Below are positions 1-11,127 of a stretch of DNA of 64,000 nt, piece by piece. The DNA is from Cyanophora paradoxa CCMP329. Taxonomy: Eukaryota > Plantae > Glaucophyta. Location: assembly GCA_004431415.1 (NCBI GenBank), contig QPMI01000687.1, positions 26,745 through 90,744 of the forward strand, in the 5' to 3' direction. A program made the position numbers and the translations under genes. Every line of letters starts with the position of its first letter. Within the stretch, counting starts at the first letter, position 1. Below the pieces are notes generated by a model. It was not told the DNA's origin, did no database searches, and worked only from the letters and a program-made list of their open reading frames with translations.

Positions 1-200
1 TGCGGATGAGCCAGTACTCCTCCCCCGTCTTCTCGTCGACGCCCCAGCCCGAGACGGCGACGTCGTGGTCGTAGTCCTCCACGCTCCACTCCGTCTTCTC
101 CGCGTACACGCCCCCCGCGTAGTTGTACTCGAAGTTGTCCGTGCACTCCATCCCCTGCCCCCGCGCCCCCTCAGCCGCCCGTGGGAGAGGCGCCCTGGGC

Positions 201-231
<31 letters not shown>

Positions 232-1665
232 GGGGCGGGGCGGGGCGAGGCGCACGCAGATGATGGGCCCGTTGGCGAGGATCTCGGCCTTCATCGCGTG
301 CGTGTTCATCGTCGGGATCCGCCCGTAGTGCTTCACGTACCACTTCCGGTACTCCTTGATCGCGCTGCCGCCCGCCGGGTCGCCCCGGCCCGAGGCGTGC
401 CGGGGGCGGGGCCGGCGCGGCTCACTACTTGGTCTTGCGGTCGGACTCGGCGTTGTTGCAGATGCACTCTTCCTTGCAGTGCGCAAAGTTCTTTTGATGC
501 TTCGGCACGCACTCGGTCCCCGTCGCCGCCCGGTACGGCTGGCAGGTGTTGTCCGGGATCCCGTGCTGCCCGCTCCGTCAGGCCGGCGCTCCCCAGGCCG
601 GCGCCCGGAGATCAGACCTTGCGGGCGAAGCCGAGGACGCACATGGCGTCGCCACCCTCCTCGCAGTCACCGCAGTCCTGGCAGTTGAGCATCACCTGGT
701 GGGCCTGCGTGACAAACTCTCGTCAACACGGTCCAGCTGGGCATTCTGAAAGTGGAGCACAGAGCGCGTACGAGGGTGATCGCCGGGTACGAGGCGTTGC
801 GCGCGATGTGAATGCGGTCGCTCAGGGCCTGAACCGACGAGAAGACCCAGCAGCCGCCGCAATACTGTGCGTGCGCGTCAGAGAGTGCTCCGCACGCGCA
901 ATCCTCAAAGGAAAACGCTCGTACGTTGGGGAGGTGCTGCTGGCTGTTCTGAGTGAGCACTACGATTGACGGAGTCAGCCAAGAGGTCGCGTCGCAGAGG
1001 CATATGAAGCCCGCAGCGCGTACTGTTCCTGCCCGACACATTACGCCAGTCCCTGCTCATACACATCAGGAGGGACCGTGGGGAGCGCGAGGGATGGAGG
1101 ATCGCGCGCAGGGTCGCGATCAGAAGGGACGCACCACTCCTTGGGAAGATCCTCAGGGGCTAGCACCTGCAATCGCACAAGAAATGCACGTATGAGCGCG
1201 AAGGCCAATGGAGCGCAAAGACGCGAGCCAGGACCGAAAGGTCAGGAGGACCTGCCCTTTGAGAGCACACACGCGCACCTCCCAAGGGGCCTCACCCATA
1301 GGATAGGCATGGCCCTCGAGGTACGGTGCCATGACTGCGATACGCGCAGCACGATTCTCCTTCGTGAGCCGCCCGACTCGCCGCCGAGAGCCTGGGTGAG
1401 TGGTTGGACGCGGGGGCAAAACTCCCCTATGATACGGCGCACCGTCGCGGCGGAAGGCGACTTGGGGCATAGCTGTCGTCCCAGACTGCCCCTGAGGCTG
1501 GATCGTGCCCCTCGCCTCGCGCAGCTGGCGAATTTCATTACGCTGAACAGCCGTGACGATGACGAGGGCCAGGCACGCGAAGCACGCGACTCCAAACGCA
1601 GCAGCCCATTTCTTCGCCGTCGTACGCCTGATCGGGACGCCAGGAAGGAGGGGCTCGTCCTCCAT
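1..1665 (-). CDS. CTSZ: Cathepsin Z/X-like papain-family (C1A) cysteine protease; multi-exon; 3' end runs off the window
   Basis: Spliced minus strand gives QQHLPN|YCGGCWVFSSVQALSDRIHIAR (cf. cathepsin X NQHIPQYCGSCW with its HIP mini-loop) and ...DYDHDVAVSGWGVDEKTGEEYWLIR at the window edge. ATG at 1665 (MEDEPLL...) is followed by a hydrophobic helix. Confidence 0.85.
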
Positions 1666-1739
1666 TTCGCAAAAGTGACTCCGTACCCCCGGAAGATCAA
1701 ATCTCTATGGAGCTCAAGCGGCCTTGCAGGGAGCGCGCG

Positions 1740-3464
1740 ATGTACGCGGCTTGCTCGGCCGCACAGCTCGACAAAGCATTTTTGTCTCGTGCAGGCCCGA
1801 GCACCGTGAGCTCGAGCTGCTCGACGGCGACTGCGGCTGCGCGTGTCCGATCGAGCCAACCGGCTCGGAGAGCAAGCGCCAGCTTCCTCAAGCGCCCAAC
1901 CATCGAGCTGGACACAGCCAGCCGCCGCTGGACAAACTCGAACTCTATCCACTTCCGTTCGATCGCTGCCAGGCAAGCCGGCAGCGCTTTTCGGCAGCGC
2001 TTTGAGCTCCCGAGAGGGATCTCTTTCTAATGCTTGCGATCTCCTCCGCAGGCGCAGCCCGCTTGCCCAGCTGCCGTTGAAGCCCGCCGTCCCCTGCAAC
2101 GCGCGCATCTCTCCGGCGGAACGGCCGTACACGGCCGTCATGATCGTGCCTACGGGCATTGGTGCCTCAATCGGCGGCTACGCAGGAGACGCCCTGCCCG
2201 CGGCGCGCGCGCTCGCAGAGGTGCGCGGCCTGAGGCACGTCGAAGCCGCATGGCGCGACCCTCGGGGCGCCTCTCGCAGGTCGTGGACTGCTTGATCACG
2301 CACCCGAACGTGCTCAACGGCGCTCAGCTATTCTGGCCGATGCGCAACACGCTGTACGTGGAGGGCTACGCGCTGGACAAGTTCGCCGCGGGCGAGTGGG
2401 GTGCGCGGCGTCCCGGGCCCCCGCGCCCCCCGCGGGGCGCCGCTGACCCTCGCCGCCGCGCAGGGCTGCGGCCGGTGCACTCGAACCGCGTGGGCCTGAT
2501 CCTGGACGCGGGGATCGAACCGGAGCTGCGGCTGCGGCACGTGCAGGCGGCAGACGCGTGCCGGGCGACGCTCGGCCTGCAGGTCAGTGAGTACGTCGTC
2601 ACTGACGAGCCGCTCGGCGTGGAGCTCTCCCGCTCCGCCTCGGGGGCCTCCTGGGGCACGCTGCGGAGCCCCGGGGCGCTGCTGCGGGCGGCGGAGGGCC
2701 TGCTGGCGCGGGGCCGGACGGACGCGGTGGCGGTGGTGGCGCGCTTCCCCGACGGCCTCGGGGACGAGGAGGCGCTGCAGGCCTACCGCGAGGGCCGCGG
2801 CGTCGACCCCCTCGCCGGCGCCGAGGCCGTCATCTCCCACCTCGTCGTCTCCCGCCTCCGCGTACCCTGCGCCCACGCCCCGGCCCTCGCCCCGCTCGCC
2901 CCGGACCCGGCCCTCGCCCCAAAGTCCGCTGCCGAGGAGATCGGGCACACCTTCCTCCCCTGCGTCCTCGCGGGGCTCGCGCGGGCGCCCCTGATCGTCC
3001 CCAGCCGGGCGGCCTCCGCGGCGGGGGACATCTGGCGCGAGGCGGTCGACGCCGTCGTCGCCCCGGACACCGCCTGCGGGGGGCCCGGCCTCCTCGCCCT
3101 CGCCGCCGGCACCCGCGCCCGCCTCGTCACCGTCCGCGAGAACGAGACCGCCATGCGGGCCGCCCCCGACGCCCTCGGCATCCCCGACGCCGCGCGCCTC
3201 CGGACCTACCTCGAGGCCGTCGGCTGGGTCGCCGCACACAAGGCCGGCGTCGACCCGGCATGCATCAGCCCGCGCGTGGAGCCCCTCCCGGAGGTCCCGC
3301 CCCTCCCCCGTCACGACTCCGTCGCCCAGTCCAACGGCGAGCTGACATTCCACTCCTTCTCGGCGACCGTACCCGGCGCCGGCCCCGTCCAAGGGACCGC
3401 ACCTCCCCCAGCGAGTGTGCCTCCGCACTCCCCCGCACCCGAGCGCTCCCCTGCCGTAGCTTGA
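1740..3464 (+). CDS. DUF3326 family protein (cyanobacterial/plastid type) with N-terminal transit-peptide-like extension
   Basis: Motifs MIVPTGIGASIGGYAGDALP, LITHPNVLNGAQLFW, GVDPLAGAEAVISH and AAEEIGHTFLPCVL. Ser/Ala/Arg-rich N-terminus. Introns at about 1972-2051 (GC donor), 2221-2279 and 2401-2463. Alternative ATG at 1707. Confidence 0.85.
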
Positions 3465-4096
3465 TCTGCAGCTCAGCACTGGTTCTGCGCGGCAGGGCAG
3501 GTTTGCGTACTCACTAGACTCACAGAGCCTCCTAGACATATGTATACATCGATCTAGCTAGATCTATAGAGCGGGCCTCACGAGCGGATCTAGACGTCGA
3601 CTTAGCTTTGGATCGAGGGGCTCGGTGCTTGACGTCGGCCGCGGCCGGATCGGAAGAGGGGCGTGCGGATTAGTTCGCGGGGCCCGGGCGAAAGCGAGAC
3701 TGTGCAGCGTGTCCGAGAGCGAGTCACTGTTGTGGTCGTTAGCTCTTGTTCGCTGCCGCCGCCGCGGCCCTGCGGCAGCACCGGTTCGACTACAGCACGC
3801 GCGACGTGTGCGCGGCACGACGCACTTTTGCTTGCATTCGCTCTGGAAGTTTCGGACCTCCTCTTCGCACTTCTTCATGTCGTTGTTGTTCTCGGCGAGG
3901 CCTGCAGCGCGTCTCACGCGATGCCCCGAAGCGGCGAGGGGCGGTGCTGACACTTCTGCAGCATTTTCCAGTCGCATGGTGAGCGGTTCCCGATCTCCAG
4001 CTTTGCCGCGGCGCTCGGATCCATCGAGCGAGTCAAGCGCCCCGTGTGTGTGCACCGAAGATGTCACAGTGTTTGAGAGCTAGTTGCGCTTTCGAA

Positions 4097-4162
4097 GGCT
4101 GCAGGCTGCAGGCTTGCAGGCTGTAGGCTACAGGCTACAGCTGCAGCCTGCAGGCTGCAGCT
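4097..4162. repeat. Degenerate 7-bp tandem repeat (GCTGCAG/GCTACAG)
   Basis: ggctgcaggctgcaggcttgcaggctgtaggctacaggctacagctgcagcctgcaggctgcagc, directly visible. Confidence 0.7.
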
Positions 4163-4355
4163 CGTTCAGGGATACCGAATCTAATTGGGGGTACAACCTG
4201 CAAAGGTGTGTGCGGCGTCGAGAAGCGAGAGCTTGTCACCCGAACAAGTGCATTCACAAGCTTGTCATCCGAACAAAGCCAGGACAGGAACACTAGCACG
4301 CAGCAGGAGTCGCGTTTTGAAAATCCGACAGCGTTGTTCGGGCTATCTTACAAGG

Positions 4356-6370
4356 ATGTCGTTCCGCACGCAAGAGCGTGACCGGGTGAGCATAGTCCGC
4401 CGGCCGCTCCTAGCCTGCCTACACAAGCCCGAGCTGACTGCGCGACGTACCGCCTATCGCTTACTCCCCGAACACGTACAGATCACACTTATGCAGTCCA
4501 ACTTGGAGAGCTGGAAGCACGGCTTGCGTAGCCCCGGGAGCTCTGGAACGCCATCGAAGCCGCTCGCGGGGCACTTTAAACCGACCTCGGCGTCGCCGGA
4601 CAAGAGCTTCGTCAGCACGGGCACGGGCCGCGATGGCCCTGCTCCGTACCTTTCGCCGTCCCCTCCGCGCGCACCAGCTCCGGCTGCACAAAACGACATG
4701 CCGGCTGAGCCTGCAGTGCCGAGCCGCCGGGACTTGCTCATCCAGTACGCGCCCGAGATCCAAACTGGTTTCGAGCGGCTGGAGTCAGGCCGCTCGACGT
4801 GCGCCGATCCTCGCTGGTGATCAACTTCCGGCCTCACAGATTCGCCCGCAGCGTCGATGATTTCGTCAAGGTAGTGAAGAGCTGCGGGGTTCAGCCGTCG
4901 ACGGAGACTGTCCGCCTGCTGAATCTCTTCGCAAAGGTGCGCGCCCGCTCTTCCCCCACGCTCAATTCACTCGCTCAACTTGGCCGCGCAGAACGGGAGT
5001 ATCGGCTTCACGCAAATTATGAAAGCGCGCGCTGCCCTGCTCGGCCGCGGCGCACCCGGCTGACCTCCCGCCCGCAGTCGCTGCTGCACAACGAGGAGGA
5101 CTCTGCCTTCACGTCGCGGGCGGCCGGTGGCCCGGGGGCGGGCGTCGTGGAGGCGCACTTCTACCAGCAGTCGCGGCACAGGCCACGGTCGCCTGTGCGG
5201 GAGACCGACCCCCTGGGCATCGCGACCCCGGAGGAGCCGCACCGCCCCGCCCGCAAGCGCTCCGACCTGCCGCACGCGAGCATCAACCAGGAGAGCATCG
5301 CTCTGCTGCACGCCGCCTCGCCGTCGCCGGGCAAGCCGCAGGCCGCCGCCACGCCGCGGGGGGCTGCCACGGCCGGCGAAGAGGACGAGAGCGTGAAGGC
5401 GGTGGTGCACGACGCGATCCGGCAGCTGCTCAAGGGCGGGATCAGCGCGGCGCAGTTCAAGGACATCCTGCAGACGGCGACGGGCCGGGCGGCGGGGCCG
5501 GACGTGGAGAAGGCGCTGGCGCGCTTCGTTGCGCGGGGCGACAGCACTTTCCGCGAGGTGGCGACGGCCTGTGCGCCGTACTTCGTCCGGGCGCCGGGCC
5601 CGCAGGACGCGGAGTCCGTGCGGCGCCAGCTCGAGGAGGCCGGCCTCCTGCGCGAGCCGCCCGCCCGCCGCCCCAGCGAGCTCTGGAAGGCGCCCCCAAT
5701 CGACTCCCGCGGGGAGCCCCTCCGCATGTTCACCGCGGGCCACCAGCCCAACTCTCCCGCCGCCGAGCGGTGCCCCTCTCGCGCGACCTTGCCGCTCGCC
5801 CACCCCGTTGACCCCCGGCGGCAGCGTGGCCGGCGATGTGATCAGCTTCCGCTACGGATCCGTGGCGGAGGGAGGCCCCGAGGTCGCACAGCCGGCCCGC
5901 CCCGCGACCGCCAAGTTAGCCCGGGCCCCGCCTCGCTGCGGGTCGGGGCAGAGCTGAGTGGGGGGCAGGCTGCAGACGCCGTCTTCGTTCGACCTGATCA
6001 GCGGCCGCGTGGACAGCGGCGTCGTCCGCCACAGCGACGGCGTGCGCGCCGCGCACCCGCGCCGCGCGCCCAGCCCGACCCCGCCCCGCAGCTCGAAGAG
6101 CCCGAGCAGCGCCCCGCCCGCCGTCCCGTCGGCGGCAACTCGCCGCCGTCGCACCTGCGGGCGGCCGCGCCGGCTCGGCCCGTCACGGCCGGCTGCGGTG
6201 AACGCGGCTTTCGTGCCATATGTATTGCGTCTACTCATGCTTCTGCAGGTGACTTCATCAAGTGGGAGGGGGTGGACGAGCGGGCCGTGCAGACGCCGTC
6301 CAAGACGAGCGTGCACCCGCGCTCCGCCATCGCCCCGCGCGAGAGCCCCTTCGCCACCAACTACGGCTGA
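4356..6370 (+). CDS. Hypothetical multi-exon protein with two similar small helical modules and a low-complexity C-terminus
   Basis: ATG at about 4356 followed by a GTGAGC donor. Coding-like segments DDFVKVVKSCGVQPSTETVRLLNLFAK and HDAIRQLLKGGISAAQFKDILQ; ends ...RESPFATNYG* at 6370. Confidence 0.55.
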
Positions 6371-6558
6371 CGCGCCCCCCGCGCCACCACCCGTCCATCA
6401 GCCCGAATCCAATCGAACCACCGTCTATTGCAGCACGTGGGGGGGACGTGGGGGGGACAGGAGGGGACAAAGACGGATGATGGGGGATGGTGGAGGTGAC
6501 GGGATGCCAAGAGGGGTCTAGCTTTAGCGCTGCTCCCGCCGGTGGCTGTCGGCTGGGT

Positions 6559-7823
6559 TCAGGACGCGCCCTTGGCCGCCGGTGCTTCCTCTTTCCTATC
6601 AGCGACGGTGGGCAGCTGCGCGGCGGGAAGTCAGCGGCGGGAGCTGAGCGGGGCACGCGGGGCCCACGGACCGAGTTGTAGATGGGGAGGGCGAGGCTGT
6701 CGCCCGTCTTGAGGTGGAGGGCCTGCGCGGCGCTCATGTGGGCCGCGAGCCTGGGCCTCCGGGGGGCGGCGGGGCGGACCTGGATGTTGGCCCACTTCTT
6801 GGGGACCTTCTCGGCGATGGCGTCGATGGCGCCCATGATGTTCTCCACGATCTGCGCCTCGCTGAAGCCCGTCCGCGCGATCTTCACCGCGCTGCACCCG
6901 CCGTCAGCGCCCCGCCGCGTAGGTGCAGGCGGGCCCGGGCCGACGCGCCTGACGGGGCCTGTGCCGTAGAAGAGGTACGTCGAGTCGCACGCCCGCAGCA
7001 CCTGCTTTGTGATGTTCTCCTTCGTCAGCCGCACCGTGATCGGGTGCCTGTCCCCGCGCGCGGCGGGTGAGCCAACCGCCCTGCCGCCCCTCCCCCGCGC
7101 CGGCGCACCGCTTCCTCTGGATGAAAGCCTTCCCGAGAAGCGTGGGGAGGAAGCGGACGATACGCTCGTCCGCGAGGAAGAGGTCGTAGCTGCCGCTGAG
7201 CTGGCGCTTCGCCTCGTACGTCTTGTACTTCGCCCGCAGCTTCGAGAGGCCAATCACCTGCGCGTACGTGATGTTGGCACAAAGAAAGCGCATGAGATAG
7301 CTGCGCGGCCGAGCCGGCAGACCTTCTTGACGCCCGGGACCTGCTTCTCCTCGATCATATTCTTGTACTCGCGCTGCGGGTCCTTGGTGAACAAGCAGAG
7401 CTCGGTCTCCTCGATCGGATGCAGCGTGTGCTTCAGCGGTCTGCACGACACGGGGAGTCAGCTCCCGCTCTGACGAGCCGCAGGACGCGATCGCGCCGGC
7501 TGCGCCCGGCGATCCAGCGCAGCCGGCGCGATCGAGCTTGTTTATACGGCGGATGTTAAAGGCGGTTTGGCGGTTGCTTGCATTTGCGCGGGCGTGAGGA
7601 TGTTGTTCTTCTTCGGCACGGTCTTGTATGTGATCTGGAGGACGATGAAAGCGTCATCGTCGAACAGCTCCGACTTTCCCTGCTGCTGCTGCTTGTTCTG
7701 CTTCACCACCTCCGCGTGCTTGAGGAGAGCCTTGGCTGCCTTTCGGACCTGCGCGATCCCCCTCGGTACACGCGATAGCTTGTGCAACGAGCTGCATACC
7801 TGCTTCTCGTTGAGTTGTGTCAT
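6559..7823 (-). CDS. RSL1D1: Ribosomal protein L1 domain-containing nucleolar protein (RSL1D1/Cic1/Utp30 family)
   Basis: MTQLNEKQ|VRKAAKALLKH..., IPLKHTLHP..ELCLFTKDPQ, KLRAKYKTYEAKRQLSGSYDLFLADERI..LPTLLGKAF, IVENI..I..KVPKKWANIQ|ALHLKTGDSLALPIYNS. Confidence 0.9.
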
Positions 7824-8021
7824 CGGGGCGCTCGCTGCGTGCTTTGCTGGGCTCAGGGCGCGGCGACGAACGAAAATGCCTATCCTGGATTCGAGCCGGC
7901 GTTGAAACAACGAGGGGGAGAGAAGAGGAGCTAGGAGATCTGGAGGCCTCCAGGCCTGTATAAGGAGAGTTGACGTGTGAGGAGATCTAGAGGTCCGCGC
8001 CTGCACGCGCTCTGTGCGCCG

Positions 8022-10783
8022 ATGCGCATGCGTCGGCGGGCCACGGCCGCGGCGCTCCTCCTCGCGCTGCTCCTGGAAGGTGAGTGTTAGTAGATATAGT
8101 GCGCGGCTGCGTTTTGGGGCGGCCATGCTGAGCCGCACGCAGCCGGGCTCAGCGCCCGCGTCGCTGCGATCGACGCGGGCAGAGATGAACCGCACGCACG
8201 TGGCGAAGTGGCGGCAGAAGGATCCTCGGCAGAATTCGAAGCGGTCGAACACGCGGAGCTGGAGGTGGCCGTCGCGACTCCAACGCCGGTCCCAGAGTGG
8301 AGGCTGAAGGAGCAGCGCGAGAGAAGAGCCAAGGAAGAGCAGAAGCGGAGGAGCGCGCTGGCCGAGGCGGCGTACCGGGAAGGGCGGCGGCTTCAGATCT
8401 CCGACCCCGTGGCGGCGAGCGCGCGGCTGCGGGAGGCGGGGGAGCTGGGCCACGCGTACGCGCCGGCCGAGCTGGCGGTGCACTACGTGCTGGGCTACGG
8501 GGTGGAGGCGGACGAGCGGCGGGCGCTGGAGCTGTACACGGAGGCGGCACGCCGGGGATCTCTACTCGCACACATCGCGCTCGCCGTCCGCCACGCCTTC
8601 GCCGTCGGCACCCCCGCCGACTGCGCCCAGGCCTGCGCGTACTACCTCCCCGTCTCTCGCACCGGTCCGCCGCCCCTCTCCACCGCGCCGCACACGGAGG
8701 GGCCGACGAGTGCGCGGGGCAGCCGTCTCGGCGTCCTCGAAGCAGGCGTCGGGGGAGTCGGGCTCGCGCCGGGAGCGCGCCGCGCAGGCCAAGGAAGAGA
8801 TGCCGCGCCTCTCGGAGGTCCGGGGGGGAGCCCTCGGCCGCTTCCTGGGGCGCGCCCTGGGCCCCGGGGCGGCCGGGGCGCTGCTGGGCGGGGCCGGCCG
8901 GGCGCAGCAGCGCATGCACGACATGCTGCACTACGCGGAGGCGCGCGCAGAGGCCGGCGGCGCCCCGCACTACGCCGTGCGCGCCCCCGGCCCTGCCGCC
9001 GCGTCCCCCGCCCGAGCCTCTGCGCAGCTGGCGATCGGGCAGGCGCACCGGTACGGCATGCATGGGTTCGCGCGGGACCCGCGGCGCGCGGCGCAGTTCT
9101 TCCAGCGGGCGGCGGCCGCCCCGAACCCCGACCCACTAGCATTCGTCCACCTCGGGGAGATGCACGAGCAAGGCCTAGGCGTGCCGGCGAGCAATGTGAC
9201 AGCTATGGATATGTACCGCCGAGCCGCCGACCTCGGGTCGCCGCTCGGCTGGGACCGCATCGGCCAGGTGCGCGCACCCCGCGCCCGCCGCTAACACTCG
9301 CACTCGATGAGTCCCCTACCCCCCCGGTACCCGGGCAGATGCACATGCACGGGAAGGGCGTCCCGGTGGACCCCGCCAGCGCGCTGCGGTCCTTTCGGCG
9401 GGCGCTGGGGGCCCCCGAGGAGCCCCGCCCCGACGGCGAGGAGCCGGCGCTGGGGCCCCTCGAGGCGTGGGGCCCCGACCCGGGGGAGGGCGGGGGCCCC
9501 GCGCCGCCGCCCGGGCACGGGGACGCGGTGTACAACTTGGCGCGGCTCTACTACTACGGGATGGGCGTGGAGCGGAACGAGACGGCGGCGGGGCGGCTGC
9601 TGCAGCGGGCGGCGGGGCGGGGCCACCGCCTCTCCATGCACCTCTACGGGCGCCTGCAGGCCGACGCCCTCGCCCGCGCCGCCGCCGAGGGCCGCGCCCC
9701 CGACGAGCTCGCCCTCCCCTGCGCCCGCGCCGTCCGCTGGCTGCGCGCCTCGCCGAGTCGGGGCCCTGGAGCGGTGCCCCCGCCCCCGCCTTCGCCCCGC
9801 ACCGCGCTCTCGGAGCGAGCGGGGCGGGGCGGGCAGACGCGGTGCGGGACGGGGTGGAGGCCTGGCTCGGCGGCGACGAGCTCTTCGGCCTCATCCGCCT
9901 CGTCACCGCCGCCGAGATGGCCCGCCCCGCCCCGCCCCGCCCCGCCCCGCCGCGGCGCGGGCCGACAGGGCGCAGGGCCTCGAGGCGGGCCTGGTGAACG
10001 CAGCGCACGCGCTGCTGCACCTCTCGCGGGGCGCGGCGGCGAACTTCACGGCGGACCTGGGCGAGCTCGCGCGGGAGTACCTGGAGCGGGCGGGGGCGCA
10101 GGGGAGCGCGGAGGCGCTCGTCTTGCTGGGCGACCTTGAGCACGCGCGCGGCCGCCGCGCCGCCGCCGCCCTCCTCTACCGCTCCGCCGCCGACGCTCCC
10201 GCCGACGCCGTCCGAGGCGTCCTGGCGGCCCTCGGAGCCGGTGCCGCCCGCCCCGCCGCCCCCTCCCCGCCCCCCGCCGACGGCCCCGCAGACGCGCTGC
10301 AGCACGTCGCGGGGGCGAGCTCCGGCAAGAACGGCCTCGCCTGGCGCGCCCGCGCCGCCTACAACCTCGGTGCGCCCCTGCCGGCCGCTGGGCGCCGGCC
10401 CCAGGCCCGCGCACCGACGCGGCACAGGGTTCATGTCGCAGTTCGGCGCGGGCGTGCCCCAGAGCATCGCGCAGGCAGCGCACTGGTACCGCCTGGCGGC
10501 TGCGCTCCATCCCGTGGGCGCCTTCCTCCCGCGCGCGATGCTCCGCCTCCTCCCCGTCCAGAGCGTCGTGCACGAGATCCGCAGCGCGACGGCGGCCCTG
10601 CCCGACGAAGTCCGCGCCGCCGCAAAATCCATCCTGTTAATCCATCTCTTCGTCCAAGCCCTCCTCCTCTCCTGGCTCTGCGCCGCCCTCTGGCGCATGA
10701 GGCACCTGCAGGGCGTCGACCAGGCCCTCCGCCGCGGCGAGCGCCCGCACGTGCCCCCCTGGCCCGCCGCCCTTGCCGCGTAG
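8022..10783 (+). CDS. SEL1L: SEL1-repeat membrane protein, SEL1L/Hrd3-like (ERAD)
   Basis: Signal peptide (MRMRRRATAAALLLALLLE), many Sel1 repeats (AELAVHYVLGYGVEADERRALELYTEAA; AFVHLGEMHEQGLGVPASNVTAMDMYRRAA; AVYNLARLYYYGMGVERNETAA; RAAYNLGFMSQFGAGVPQSIAQAAHWY) and a C-terminal TM helix. Confidence 0.75.
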
Positions 10784-11127
10784 TGCCTTGCAATTGCAAG
10801 CTTCCATTTGCGAGCCCGAGTCGCGTAAAGACGCCGCCGCACAGATGTATACGTACAGCCGCATGCGCAGCTGCGCATGCCGCGCCGGCGCCCGGCCGGC
10901 GCCACTGAAGGCTAGCGCTAGCGCTTTCGCGATCGAAGCACGTGCACGACACGGGGGGGGGGGGACGAACGGGGGGGTCGAGCAGCTCCCGCAGGTGCAA
11001 GGTGGTGTAGTCGGTGTAGAGCCAGGGCTGCAGCTGGGTCTAGCTATAGGCCTGTTGCGTGATGGTTCCGCTCGTCAGCTTCACCACAGAGGGACGCATT
11101 TCGGTGTAGGCATTTCGCATTTCGCGG

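Noticed and set aside
202-230. Long G/C homopolymers (also about 34508, 51067-51130, 52036-52063)
   Set aside because: They are intronic or intergenic low-complexity runs whose lengths are prone to sequencing error; no specific function is supportable.
7441-7581. C/D-box snoRNA in the RSL1D1 intron
   Set aside because: No RUGAUGA C box on the sense strand; only the hairpin is supported.
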